Shown: positions 32,976-44,618, counted from the stretch's first letter. The stretch: DNA of 64,000 nt from an uncultured Planctomycetota bacterium (GCA_963849325.1 CAWKHF010000014.1:1-64000); one strand, 5' to 3'. Translations and numbers: made by a program. Notes: a model not told the origin generated them from the letters alone.

Positions 32976-34153
32976 TCAAACGCGGACGACACGTCCTTTG
33001 TGGACCTGATAGCGGACGCCGCGCCAACGAACCGTGCGCGCGAACAACGAGGTCCAGGCGATGACCGGGGCGAGCAGGTCCGCCAGCGGATTGGCCCAGT
33101 AATAGACCCAGCGCAGGCGACGCATTTTCTCGACGTGGGCCGGGAACAGAGAGCGCGACAACTGGTACGTCATCAGGCCGCGTCCCAGGTAGTACACGGC
33201 GGCGACGGCCAGGGCACCGGCGGGCAGCGCCCAACCCAACCCCTGGTTCGGCACGAAGAAGAGCGCCCCACTCATCAGGAAGAAGGCGGCGTACACGTTC
33301 GCGGCCGCGAACCCCATCAGCCACAGCCACGGCGTCACGATGCGGATGAGCTGGGACTGACGCACGGCCCAGCGGAAGAAATCGCCGAAGCGCTCGGCCG
33401 GCTCGCTGAGGACCATGCCGCCGGGGCTAAAGCCGGTGCGCTCACCGGCGCGATGCGTGCAGACTTGCAGGGCCAGGTCGTCGGTGATGGCCCGGCGCAA
33501 ATGATCCTCGAAGCGGAGTCGTTCGTAGGTGTCGCGCGTGAACGCCATCGAGCCGCCCCAGGTCGTCTTGCCCAGCGCGTGCAGCAGACACCATTCGGAA
33601 TCCCACGCCGATTGCAGATAGCCGGTACACGAACGGTTCGCCGGGACGTACCAGCGGAACCCCGAGACGAGTGAGCAATGTTGCAAGCCCGCCACCAGGC
33701 GCGCAGCCAATCGCCGTCGCGCGGAAGGCCGTCCGAATCGCTGCACACGAAGACGTCCACGTCCGGAGCGGCGGATCGCAGCGCCGCTACCTGGTTGGAG
33801 ATTTTCTCGACGCAGCCCGGCAGGCGCGGCGCGACGACCATCGAGGCGGGCCGGCATTTCTCGCTGGCGATAAGTTCCTGGATGATCGCGCAGGCCGGAT
33901 CGTCGGCGTCCGCCACGGTGAAGACGATGCGATAATCGGGATAATCGTGGTGAAAATGACGGCGCAGGTTTTCTTTCAGGTCCGGGTCCAGCCCCTTGCA
34001 CGGAATAATCAGGGCGACCCGAGGCCATTCCTTGCGGTCCTTCACCGCCGCATGACGCCGGCTGATCCAGAGAGCGTGGAACGAATAGCCGTACAGAAAC
34101 AACATGACGACCAGCATGGCCGCGCAAACGGTGCCGTAGACGATGTCGATCAT
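32976..34153 (-). CDS. GT2/GT21-like glycosyltransferase (ceramide glucosyltransferase/HpnI-like; frameshift ~33685)
   Basis: N-terminal TM, IIPCKG, EKISNQ, SDSD, WGGSMA, TDDLAL, RWAVRQ, VRWRGVRY. Confidence 0.8.
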
Positions 34154-34167
34154 TCGACTTCCGCCTG

Positions 34168-34231
34168 GCGAGCGGGGTCGCATTAGCGCCCCGAGCGCAC
34201 GCATTCGGGCGCTGATGCGACCCCGCTCGCC
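34168..34231. repeat. long palindromic hairpin
   Basis: GGCGAGCGGGGTCGCATTAGCGCCC ... GGGCGCTGATGCGACCCCGCTCGCC. Confidence 0.7.
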
Positions 34232-34281
34232 ACTGTTGAAAGCGCTTTGACGCTCCCGGCTCGCCAAAAAGTTACCGCCTC

Positions 34282-34564
34282 TTACAGTTGTTCCAGGAGT
34301 TTATCGTAAGCGTGAAGATAATGGGCGTGTGAACCGATCCAGAACCAAATGATCGTGCCGCCGTCCAATGCGCCGAACCGCGCGGTAGCCGATGCCGACA
34401 CGGGCCGAGTAGATCGGTGGGTCCGCATTCACCTGTTTGAAGTGCCAGCCGGGGTGCGCGGGATTCTGCTGGAAGAGTCGGTACGCTTCTTGAGCCTGCC
34501 GCCGGACGTGTGCCGGCAGCGCCGCCAACAACTCGCGGAAGCGGCGAGTGGTCCGCGAGTTCAT
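34282..34564 (-). CDS. RelE/ParE/HigB-superfamily toxin (frameshift ~34375)
   Basis: YRLFQQNPAHPGWHFKQV, SARVGIGYRA, WFWIGSH. Confidence 0.78.
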
Positions 34565-34778
34565 AGCGCTCCGGGTCTAACTCCTCGGTCATCCCCGCAC
34601 GGTGCTCGGCGAGAGCCTCAACCGCCAGATGGACGAGTTTGTCCGAAGAACGAGCGATAGCGCGGTCGAAGTCGTCCTCTGCTGCCAACTCCGCAAGCAA
34701 CCGGGAAGCCAGCAAGTCTTGCTCGGCGGCAGATAACTTGGCTGCTTCGACGAATGCCTGTTGAAGCAATGTGGTCAT
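34561..34778 (-). CDS. putative antitoxin
   Basis: MTTLLQQAF...EQD...LLAELAAEDDFDRAI. ATGA overlap with the toxin; GGAGG RBS. Confidence 0.72.
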
Positions 34779-34842
34779 CGCGATACCTCCTTCCTCCCCA
34801 TTATAGCTTCGACAAAACACTGTGGAGAGGACAAGGTATCGA

Positions 34843-35969
34843 TCAATTCCAGGCGATCCGGTTGAGGACCTCGATACCGCGTTCCAGGGTACGTTCATCG
34901 GCGGCGTAGCTGAGACGGAAATGCGTATCGCGGGAGCTGAACACGTTGCCGGGGATGAGCAGCAGATTATTGCGGATCGCCTCGGTGACGAAGGCGCTGC
35001 CGGTGCCGTGCGGCGCTTTCGGAAAGGCGTAGAACGCCCCTTCGGGCCGCACCAACTCATAGCGGTCTTTCAACCCCTCGTAGATGCGATCGCGCTTGCG
35101 GCGATAGTCGGCGACGATAGCGGACACGTCGTAATCCCAGGCGGCGACGCCAGCGTGCTGTACGATGCTCGGGGCGCAGACGAAGCTGAACTGTTGCAGC
35201 GTGATCATCTCCTCGATGAGCCGGCGCGGCCCATGAGCGAAACCCAGGCGCCAGCCGGTCATCCCATACGCCTTGCTGAAGCCGTCGAAGACCAGCACGT
35301 CCTCGTTGAACTCCGCCGGGCTGACGAACGGTTGATCGTAGCAGAAAATGCGATAAACCTCGTCGCTGAGCAAGAGTACGCCGCGTTCACGCGCAGGAGG
35401 GCGAGGTCGCGCAGCAGCTCGCGCGAATGGACGCGGCCGGTGGGGTTGGCCGGGCTGTTGACGAGGATGGCCTTGGTCCGTGGCGTCAGGGCGGCGCGGA
35501 CGCGATCGGGATCGATCGAGAAATCGGGGTAGGTATCGACGTAAACGGTCGTGCCGCCAGCGAGCGTGACGAGGTGCGGATACATGACGAAGTAGGGATC
35601 GAAGACGATCACCTCATCGCCGGGGTTGACGGTGCAGCACAGGGCCAGAAGCAGGCCGCCGCTGGTGCCGCTGGTGACGAACACCTCGCGGTCGGCATGG
35701 CGATAACGAGTGCGTAGCTCGGCCTGGATCTTCGCGCGCAGCTCCGGGATGCCTTGCGTGACCGTGTAGGCATTGGCGCCGCGGTCGATGGCAGCGTGGG
35801 CGGCGGTCTTGATCGGCTCGGGTACGTCGAAGTCCGGCTGACCGATGCTGAGGTTGATCGGATCTTGGAGACTGCGCGCCAGCTCGAAGACCTTGCGGAT
35901 GCCGGACGATTCGATGTGCCGCATGCGCTCGGCGATCCAGCGATCCGCCGGGTTGGAAGACTGCGCCAT
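34843..35969 (-). CDS. PLP-dependent aminotransferase class I/II (frameshift ~35390)
   Basis: NLSIGQPDF, NSPANPTG, SDEVY, FSKAYGMTGWRLG. Confidence 0.9.
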
Positions 35970-35998
35970 GTCCGCTATCTCCGATTGAGTCGCAGCCT

Positions 35999-36058
35999 AT
36001 CCGAGCCTGAAGCGTGAGCGAAGAAATTCCCTTCTTCGCTTACGCTTCAGGCTCGGAT
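35999..36058. repeat. REP-like palindrome family B (also 37182-37237; half copy ~8067-8088)
   Basis: GAGCCTGAAGCGT(G/A)AGCGAAG ... CTTCGCTTACGCTTCAGGCTC. Confidence 0.8.
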
Positions 36059-37083
36059 CGATCGTGGTAGCCAGCCGCGCTGCACGAGCACCTCGGCGAT
36101 CTGCACCGCGTTGGTCGCCGCTCCCTTGCGGAGGTTGTCGGCGACCACCCACAGATTGAGTCCGTGCGGCACCGTCGGATCGCGGCGAATGCGGCCGACG
36201 AACACCTCGTCGCGGCCGGCGAGGTTCAGCGGCAGCGGCACCTCGCCCTTGCTGACATCGTCGAGCACCACGACGCCGGGAGCGCGGCGCAGCGCCTCGC
36301 GGGCCTGCTCCGCCGTGATCGGCTGGTGGAACTCCAGGTTGATCGCCTCGGAATGGCCGATGCGCACCGGCACGCGCACCGTCGTCGGCGACACCTGAAT
36401 GCTGTCGTCGCCCATGATCTTGCGCGTCTCGCGGACCATCTTCCATTCTTCTTCGGTGTAGCCCTCCTCGCCGGCCTTCCAGTCGTGCGGCAGGACGTTG
36501 CCGGCCAACTGGGCGGCATGGGCCTTGACCGGCGGGATCGGCTCGTTGCGGCCGACGGCAGCGAGCTGGGCGTCCAGCTCGAACATGCCGGTGGCGCCCT
36601 TGCCGGACGACGCCTGGTAGGTGGCGACCACCACGCGCTTGATCTGCGCCAGGTCGTGCAGCGGCTTCAGAGCGACGACCATCTGGATCGTCGAGCAATT
36701 GGGGTTGGCGACGATGCCCTTGGGGATGTGCCGCAGGGCGTCGGCGTTGACCTCCGGCACGACGAGCGGCACGTCCGGGTCCATGCGCCAGGCGCTGGAA
36801 TTGTCGATGACGATGGCGCCGGCCCTGGCGGCCATCGGGCTGGATTCGCGGCTGACCGCCGGCCGGCGTACTCGACAGCACGATGTCCACGCCGGCGAAC
36901 GCTTCGGGACGGATCGGCTCGACCGTGTACGTTTTGCCCTGGAAGGTCGAGGGTTTTACCCGCGCTGCGCTCGGAGGCGAGGAACTTGATGGCGCGGAAG
37001 GGGAACGCATGCTCGTCGAGCACCTGCCGCATGATTTCGCCGACCGCACCGGTCGCACCGACCACCGCAACGCTTGCTGACAT
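36047..37083 (-). CDS. asd: aspartate-semialdehyde dehydrogenase (frameshifted)
   Basis: VVGATGAVG, DNSSAWRM, ANPNCST, RVPVRIGHS, ADNLRKGAATNAVQIAE. Confidence 0.93.
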
Positions 37084-37279
37084 AGTTCGTCGTCCGTAGT
37101 TCGCAACTCACCGTCCTAAACAACAAAATAAGCATACGCGATGATCCGTGAATTGACTACTCTGTTCTGTATGTGCTGACGATCCGAGCCTGAAGCGTAA
37201 GCGAAGAGCACTCTTCGCTTACGCTTCAGGCTCCGATAGGATCTCGCTTGCCTGGGCATTACAGACGACGGACGATCTT

Positions 37280-38258
37280 ATGCGTGTCCTTTTGACGGGT
37301 GGTTACGGTTGTATCGGCAGCTGGATCGTGCGCAACCTGCTGGAGCGCGGCGACGAAGCCTTCATCTACGATCTGAAGGAAGACCCGCGCCGGATGCGGC
37401 AAATCCTGAGCGACGAGCAGGTCCGCCACGTGACGTTCCTCCAGGGCGACGTGACCGACCTTGCCTGGCCTGAAGTCGGCCCTCCAACGACACGGCATCA
37501 CGCACGTCGTCCACCTGGCCGGCCTGCAAGTGCCGGTGTGCCGGGCCAATCCGATCCTCGGCGCCAAGGTCAACGTCCTGGGCACGCTGGCCGTCTTCGA
37601 GGCGGTGCGCGAAGCACAGGGCCGCGTGCAGCGTTTGGTCTACGCCAGCTCCGCCGCCGTGTTCGGCCCGCCGGAGAGCTATCCCGCCGGCCCGCTCGGC
37701 GATGACGTGCCGCTGAAACCGACGACGCACTACGGCTATTTCAAGTGCTGCAACGAAGGCAACGCCCGCATCTATTTCCAGGATCACGGCCTGTCGAGCA
37801 TCGGCCTGCGGCCGTGGACGGTCTACGGCGTCGGCCGCGATTTCGGCATGACCAGCGAGCCGACCAAGGCCATCAAGTCGCTGGCGCTGGGCCGGCCGTA
37901 CCACATCAGTTACGGCGGCTGGCAGGACTTGCAATTCGTCGAGGACGTCGCCGAGGTCTTCCTCCGCTGCCTGGAGGCGCCGTACACCGGGGCGAAGTCG
38001 TACAACCTGCGCGGCGACGTGGTGGACCTGCCGGCGTTTCACCGGGCGCTGTGCGAGGTCGATCCGGCAGCGGCGCAGCTCATCACCTACGGCGAGCGGC
38101 AAATCGCCATCGCCTACGACCTGGACGATTCGGCCCTGCAGCGCGACGTGGGACCGCTGCCGCACACGCCGCTGGTCGAGGGCATTCGGCAAACGCTGGC
38201 GCAGTTCAAGCAGTTGCAGGTCGGAGGACGACTGGATACCTCGGACCTGGAGGCTTAG
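37280..38258 (+). CDS. NAD-dependent epimerase/dehydratase (frameshift ~37462)
   Basis: LTGGYGCIG, ASSAAVFG, YGYFK. Confidence 0.85.
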
Positions 38259-38379
38259 CCGATACTCCCGTCGGTGGAAAGGTTGGCACTTCGTTTGCTT
38301 CTCCCCTGTCTCCGTGTGCTCGTGGTCGGGCTTCGCAGCCTGCTCGGCGAGGTCTACTCCGGAACAGACAGGACTGCAA

Positions 38380-39525
38380 ATGAAGACCATTCGACGCGGC
38401 GGCTGCCCCGCTTGCAAACCCCGTCGCGGGAAACACCGCCTGGTAAGCGACCCCGTGGAGTCGGCCCAATCGGCGGGACTGCGCTATGTCCAGCGACGAC
38501 CGTCCCGGCATCCGCCGCCTCCGCTCCGGCAAGGGCTTCCGCTACATCGGACCCGACGGACAGACCATCCGCGATCCCGACACGAGTGCGGCGCATCCGC
38601 TCGCTGGTCATCCCGCCGGCCTGGACCGACGTCTGGATTTGCCCGCTGGCCCAACGGCCACCTTCAGGCGACGGGCCATGATGCCAGGGGCCGCAAGCAG
38701 TATCGCTATCACCCGCGCTGGCGGAGCGTCCGCGATGAGACCAAATACGACCGCCTGATCGCCTTCGGCCAGGCGCTGCCGCACATCCGCGCCCGCGTTG
38801 AGCAGGACCTGGCGCAGCCGGGCCTGCCGCGCAACAAGGTGCTGGCCACCGTCGTTCGCCTGCTCGAAACTACCCTCATCCGCGTCGGCAACGAGGAGTA
38901 TGCTCGCGCAGAACGGCTCCTTCGGACTGACCACGCTGCGCAACCGGCATGTCCACGTCGAGGGGCAGACGGTGTGCTTCACTTTCAAGGGCAAGAGCGG
39001 CGTCCGCCACAGCATCTCGCGTGGACGACCGCCGCCTGGCCCGCATCGTCCAGCACTGCCAGGATCTGCCGGGCCAGGAATTATTTCAGTACCTGGACGA
39101 CGACAGCACGCCGCGCGACATCGACTCGGCGGACGTCGAATGCGTATCTGCAAGAGATCGCCGGGCAGGAGTTCACGGCCAAGGACTTTCGCACCTGGGC
39201 CGGCACCGTCCTGGCCGCCCGCGCCTTGCAGGAGTTCGAGGTCTTCGATTCGCAGACGCAGGCCAAGCGCAACGTCGTCGAGGCCATCGAGTCCGTCTCC
39301 CAGCGCCTGGGCAACACCAAGGCCGTCTGCCGCAAGTGTTACGTCCATCCCGCCGTGATCAACGCCTACCTCGACGGTTCGCTGCTGGACACCCTGCGAC
39401 AGCGTGTGGAGAAGGAGATCACCGGCGCGCTGGCGGACCTGCCTCCGGAGGAGGCCGCCGTCCTGGCCTTCCTCCAGGAACGACTCAAACGGGAGGCGCA
39501 AGAGCGGACGGCGCCTGGCCGGTGA
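38380..39525 (+). CDS. bacterial DNA topoisomerase IB (frameshifted)
   Basis: IPPAWTDVWIC, DARGRKQYRYH, RVGNEEY, KDFRTW, LGNTKAVCRKCYVHP. Confidence 0.9.
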   Translation: MKTIRRGGCPACKPRRGKHRLVSDPVESAQSAGLRYVQRRPSRHPPPPLRQGLPLHRTRRTDHPRSRHECGASARWSSRRPGPTSGFARWPNGHLQATGHDARGRKQYRYHPRWRSVRDETKYDRLIAFGQALPHIRARVEQDLAQPGLPRNKVLATVVRLLETTLIRVGNEEYARAERLLRTDHAAQPACPRRGADGVLHFQGQERRPPQHLAWTTAAWPASSSTARICRARNYFSTWTTTARRATSTRRTSNAYLQEIAGQEFTAKDFRTWAGTVLAARALQEFEVFDSQTQAKRNVVEAIESVSQRLGNTKAVCRKCYVHPAVINAYLDGSLLDTLRQRVEKEITGALADLPPEEAAVLAFLQERLKREAQERTAPGR

Positions 39526-39630
39526 AGGACGTGAGATCATCGATTGCCGATACGCCCACTTCCGAGAAGTTCCCCTCGCTCGTAAAATCGAGGAAACGTG
39601 CGATGAAGAACGGAGGAGCCATTCGGTCCC

Positions 39631-42178
39631 GTGGCGCGCCATCCTCTGCCGATTGATCCGGTCCTGCCCGACGTCCTCGACGCCTTGCGACGACAGCCCA
39701 ACGTCGTTCTTCGCGCCGACCGGCGCCGGCAAGACGACGCGCGTACCGCCGGCCCTTCTCGACGCGGGATTGTCGAGAGATGGACGCATCCTCATGCTGG
39801 AGCCGCGCCGATTGGCCGCCCGCGCCGCCGCGCGGCGCATGGCAAGCGAACGCGGCGGCCAGGTCGGCGACGAGGTTGGCTATCAGGTGCGCTTCGATCG
39901 CCAGTGCGGTCCCGACACGCGCATCCTCGTCGTCACGCCGGGCATTCTCATTCGTCTCTTGCACGACGATCCGTTCCTGGAATCGACCGGCGCCGTCCTC
40001 TTCGACGAGTTCCACGAGCGCGGCCTGGAGAGCGACCTCGCCCTGGGCATGGTCCGTCTGGTGCAGCAAACGGTACGGCCGGAGCTGCGCCTCGTCGTCA
40101 TGTCGGCGACGCTGGCCGTCGAGTCGGTGTCGGCGTACCTGGGCGGCTGTCCAATCGTCGCCAGTGAGGGCCGGTTGCATCCGGTGGAGACCGTTTACGA
40201 GCCGAGGCCGGATCAGCAGCCGTGGCCGCTGGCCGTCGCGCGGGCCGTGGAACGCACGCTCGACCGCACTCCCGGCGACTTGCTCGTCTTTCTGCCGGGA
40301 CTGCACGAGATCCGGCAGACGGCGCGGCACCTTGAAGCCGTCGTCAAGGAGCGCGGCCTGGCCGTGCTGCCTCTGCATGGCGACCTGCCCGCCGAACAGC
40401 AGGACGCGGCCTTGCTGCCGCAGACACGCCGCAAGGTCGTCCTGGCGACGAACGTGGCGGAAACGTCGGTCACGGTCGAGGGCGTCACCGGCGTCGTCGA
40501 TTCCGGCCTGGCCCGCACGCTCGTCTTCGATCCGCGCGTCGGACTGGATCGCTTGCGGTTGATGCCGATTTCTCGCGCCTCCGCCGATCAGCGCGCCGGC
40601 CGGGCCGGACGGACGCAGCCCGGAGTGTGCGTGCGGCTGTGGAGCGCCGGCGCTCACCGCGCCCGCCCGGAGCAGACCGAGCCGGAGATCCGCCGCGTCG
40701 ATCTCGCCGGCGCGGTTTTGCAGCTGTTGTGCCTGGGCGAGACGGACTTGCAGCACTTCCCCTGGCTGGAACCGCCCAGGGAAGCGACCGTGGCGCAAGC
40801 GCTGACTCTGCTGCGCCGTCTCGGCGCGGTCGAGGCAAGCGGCGTGACGGAATTGGGCCGCGCCATGGCCCGCCTGCCGGTGCATCCGCGCCTCGGCCGT
40901 TTGCTGATCGAGGGCCAGCACCGGGGTCGGCCGGAGCGCGTCGCCCTGGCCGCGGCCCTGTTGTCCGAGCGCGATCCCTTCGCCCGTTCTCTCGATCAAC
41001 CGGCATCCCCCGCCGTCTCGCGGCACGACACGCTCTCCGACGTGCTCGATCGCATCGAGGCACTGGAAGAGTACGAACGCTCCGGCCGGACGGCGTCGGC
41101 GTTGGGAACGCTGCATCGCGCCGCCGCCCGCTTTGTCCTGCGCGCCCGCGATCAATTGCTGCGCTCGGTGCGGCAGGTGCGAAGGGAGCGCGCGCACGAT
41201 TCGACCTCGGAGGATGAGGTCGTGCTGCGTTCCCTGCTGGCGGCGTTTCCGGATCGCGTGGCCCGGCGACGCGGAGGGGGAGGCCGGCGCGGCGTCATGG
41301 TCGGCGGACGCGGTGTTTACCTGGCCCCATCCAGCGGCGTCCTCGAAGCGGAGTTCTTCCTCTGCATCGACGTGGACGCGGGACAGAAAGAGACGCTGGT
41401 GCGGCAGGCGTCCGCCATCGAACGGGACTGGCTGCCCATTGAGCCGATGGGCACGACGGTGGAGGTCGAGTTCGACCCGGACACGGAGCGCGTGACGGCC
41501 AGGCGGCGCGTGCGTTTCGCGGATCTGCTGATCGAAGAGGCGGACGCCGCCCTGCCTGACAGTGAAGAGACGACCCACGTACTCGCCGCCGCCGCCGCCG
41601 AACGCCTGGAGCGTGTGTTGCCGCCGGACGATTCGCCCGCCGGGCTGTACCGCACGCGCGTCCGTTGTCTGCGTGCGTGGATGCCCGAGTTGCAACTGCC
41701 TCCCCTGGACGATGCCGAGTTGCGCGAGTTGTTGTCCGGGTTGTGTCCCGGTTGCCGCTCCTTCGCCGACCTGCGCAAGACCGACTGGCTGCGCGCCTTT
41801 CAGGGTCGCTTGACCTACGCACAGCGGCAGGCGGTGGAGCGCGAAGCGCCGGAACGTTGGACGGTGCCCTCGGGCAGCCGCATCGCCTTACGCTATGAAG
41901 TGGGCCGGCCGCCGATCCTGGCGGTGCGCATTCAGGAGGTGTTCGGGCTGGCGCAGACGCCGCGTCTCGCCGGAGGGCGTGTGCCGGTGCTGCTGCATCT
42001 GCTCGCCCCGAACTATCGACCGCAGCAAGTCACCGACGATCTCGCCAGCTTCTGGGCCAACACCTATCCGCAAGTGCGCAAGGAACTCCGTGCCCGCTAC
42101 CCCCGGCACTCCTGGCCGGAAGACCCGTGGACGGCGACACCCGAGAATCGCCCGCGCCGCAAACGTCCCTCGGGATGA
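39631..42178 (+). CDS. hrpB: ATP-dependent RNA helicase HrpB (frameshift ~39710)
   Basis: APTGAGKTT, DEFHER, MSAT, ATNVAETSVT, QRAGRAGR, LRARYPRHSWPEDP. Confidence 0.93.
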
Positions 42179-42192
42179 GTTCTGTTCTTTCA

Positions 42193-42250
42193 ACGAGCCG
42201 CGAGCGCCAGCGAGCGATGTTGCCTCCGCTCGCTGGCGCTCGCGGCTCGT
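42193..42250. repeat. REP-like palindrome family C (also 43884-43940, 46184-46247, 48237-48312, 51746-51805)
   Basis: (CCG)AGCCGCGAGCG(T/C)CAGCGAGCG ... CGCTCGCTG(A/G)CGCTCGCGGCT. Confidence 0.8.
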
Positions 42251-42457
42251 CTCGTTTCCCGTGCCCCAATCGATAAAGTCCTCCTCGTCCAGCGAACCGT
42301 TGCAAGCCCTACAGTCTCCGGCCTGCAATTCGAGAGGACGGTTCGTTTCGTTTGCTCTCCTCCCGCTCGGCGGCCGATGGGAGGAAAGCCAGCATCACCG
42401 CGATCCGCTCCCGGAGACGGCCCAACTGCTTACCTCCCTCGCCACGAGAGACGGATC

Positions 42458-43870
42458 ATGGCCGCGCGCTATCTCGGGGTACTGGGTCTCGTCCTGCTCG
42501 CCGGCTGCCGCCCATTGCCGGCCCACGTGCAGCCGTGTGACGCCGATCCGAAAAGGGTGCCGGCCCGCAAAGGTCTGTTCGTACGTCAGGTGGTCGGGGA
42601 TACCGTGGTTGAGACGGGACAGCATCCGCTCAAGGAAGTGCGGGCGCTTCTCTCCTTGCCCCTGGATTACGGCGTGGCCATCCAGCAATTGGCGATGCGC
42701 CGACGGCTGATGACGATGGTGCGTCGAGAACCTCCGCCGATCCAACCCTGCCGGCCGACGCTGGACCCCGACGCCCTCGAAGAAGTCCTGAAAAAGAAGG
42801 CGGGCGGCGAACTGCAACCGGGATGGGTCGATCTCTATCCCAACGGAGAAGAGGCCGCGGCCGCCCTGCACCAACTCATCGACCTGGCGGCGTGCCGCAT
42901 CGACATTCTGATGTACCTGTGGGACAACGATCCGCTCGGCTGGGAAGTGGCGCACCATCTCGCCGCGGTCGCCACCCCATTTCGGCCCGTACGCATCCTC
43001 ATCGACGGCGGAGCCAACCTCAGCCAGGGAGAACCCAAGGAGGCGAGTTCCACCGACGTCCAGCGCGTCGTGTGCTGGCTGGCTCAGCAGCCAAACGTCT
43101 TTCTCATCCGTCACCGCGACCCAAACTTTCACTTCGACCACCGCAAGATCGTGGTGGCCGACGGCCGGCTCGCCTGGAGCGGCGGCCGCAATTTCACCTT
43201 TTCGTCGTTCTTCAAGGACCGTGACGTGTCCTATATCGTGGCTGGGCCTTTGGCGTGCCAGATGGAGAAGGACTTCGAGTATTACTGGCGAGAGCAGGGC
43301 GGTTGTCCGGCCGAACCTCTACCGCCGCCGCCACTGCCTCAGCAAAACGTGATGGCGCGGCTCGTGGAATCGTCATCGACCGACTTCGCCTTGGCCGAGG
43401 CGGTCTATCATGCCGTGGACAGCGCCCGCCATCACATCTACATGGAAAATCCCTACCTGACCGACAACCGCATGCATCTCAAGCTCGAACGCGCCCGTCA
43501 ACGCGGGGTGGACGTTCGCCTGGTCATGACCATCTCCGACGAGAGCGAAACGATCGACAGCTCGAACAAGGTGACCATCAATCGAATGATCCAAGGCGGG
43601 ATCCAGGTGTACCTCTATCCCAGCATGACCCATGCCAAGATAACGGCCGTGGACGGTGTGTGGGCCTACGTCGGCACCGGGAATTTCGATCGGCTGAGCC
43701 TGCGCCACAACCACGAGGCCGGATTGGCCATCGGCTATGGGCCGATCATTCAGGAGTTGGAAGAACGGGTGTTCCAGGTGGACTTCAACCCGGAATGGCT
43801 CGTGAAGGAACCGCTGCCCACGACCATAAGAGACCATCTGCGGGGTCTGATCGGAAGCATGTTACTGTAA
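42458..43870 (+). CDS. phospholipase D / cardiolipin synthase-like lipoprotein
   Basis: Two HxKxxxxD motifs (HRKIVVAD, HAKITAVD); LLAGC lipobox. Confidence 0.85.
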   Translation: MAARYLGVLGLVLLAGCRPLPAHVQPCDADPKRVPARKGLFVRQVVGDTVVETGQHPLKEVRALLSLPLDYGVAIQQLAMRRRLMTMVRREPPPIQPCRPTLDPDALEEVLKKKAGGELQPGWVDLYPNGEEAAAALHQLIDLAACRIDILMYLWDNDPLGWEVAHHLAAVATPFRPVRILIDGGANLSQGEPKEASSTDVQRVVCWLAQQPNVFLIRHRDPNFHFDHRKIVVADGRLAWSGGRNFTFSSFFKDRDVSYIVAGPLACQMEKDFEYYWREQGGCPAEPLPPPPLPQQNVMARLVESSSTDFALAEAVYHAVDSARHHIYMENPYLTDNRMHLKLERARQRGVDVRLVMTISDESETIDSSNKVTINRMIQGGIQVYLYPSMTHAKITAVDGVWAYVGTGNFDRLSLRHNHEAGLAIGYGPIIQELEERVFQVDFNPEWLVKEPLPTTIRDHLRGLIGSMLL

Positions 43871-43963
43871 ACCGCCCGATCGTCCGAGCCGCGAGCGTCA
43901 GCAAGCGCGCCAACCACGCTCGCGGACGCTCGCGGCTCGGGCCTTGACCGTGCGTCTGTCCCG

Positions 43964-44269
43964 TTACCAGTAGCGGTAGCGGTAACCGGAGCGTCCGGTC
44001 CAGGGGTTGTAAAAACTGCGGCCGTAACCCCAGGTGCCTGTGTAAGGATTGGCGTAGATCCCGCCCTGGTAATAGCGACCGGACCAGGGGTTATACCCGG
44101 CACCCCCGCGATAGTAGCCACCTGTCCACGGGTTGTAGCCGGCTCCGCCATAACCGCGTCCCCCAGTCCAGGGGTTGTAGTAATAGCGGCCTCCCCACTG
44201 CGCGTTCGCACTGGATGCCAGCGCCAGCGTCAGCACCACTCCGGCGACCCACGCAAAGATACGTTTCAT
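43964..44269 (-). CDS. secreted Gly/Tyr/Arg-rich NP[WY][TS]G-repeat protein
   Basis: Signal peptide ending ANA; five NP[WY][TS]G repeats; GGAGG RBS. Confidence 0.75.
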   Translation of the reverse strand: MKRIFAWVAGVVLTLALASSANAQWGGRYYYNPWTGGRGYGGAGYNPWTGGYYRGGAGYNPWSGRYYQGGIYANPYTGTWGYGRSFYNPWTGRSGYRYRYW

Positions 44270-44303
44270 GACTGCGACCTCCTCCGGGCGATCGTCCCGA
44301 ATC

Positions 44304-44618
44304 TTACCTCGCATCCCTGGCGTGCTTCGGTTTAATCACCGGCTTGCCGACCTGCGTGAGATCGACCGTGCCGCGCAGGCGCAGCTCACTGCCTATCTCC
44401 TTGTCCTTGTCGATCGTGTAGAAGTACAAGGTGTTCGTCTGATTGTCGGTGACGATGAGGTTGTGTCCCTCGGTTTCCACCACGTTGAAATGAGGGGATC
44501 CTCCCATCCCCTTGTCGTCGGCGCGGCTGAACGCCGGCGGCGCGTAACTGCCTACCAGGAAGGCGCCAACGATCACGCCCAGAACCAACGCCACGACCAA
44601 ACCTGTGCGCACTTTCAC
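44304..44618 (-). CDS. small hypothetical exported protein
   Basis: AGGAG RBS, hydrophobic N-terminus, 104 aa. Confidence 0.65.
   Translation of the reverse strand: MKVRTGLVVALVLGVIVGAFLVGSYAPPAFSRADDKGMGGSPHFNVVETEGHNLIVTDNQTNTLYFYTIDKDKEIGSELRLRGTVDLTQVGKPVIKPKHARDAR

Noticed and set aside
34160-34800. RelE-type TA pair as another integron cassette
   Set aside because: The flanking hairpin is a near-perfect palindrome without RYYYAAC/GTTRRRY ends or the shared attC core.
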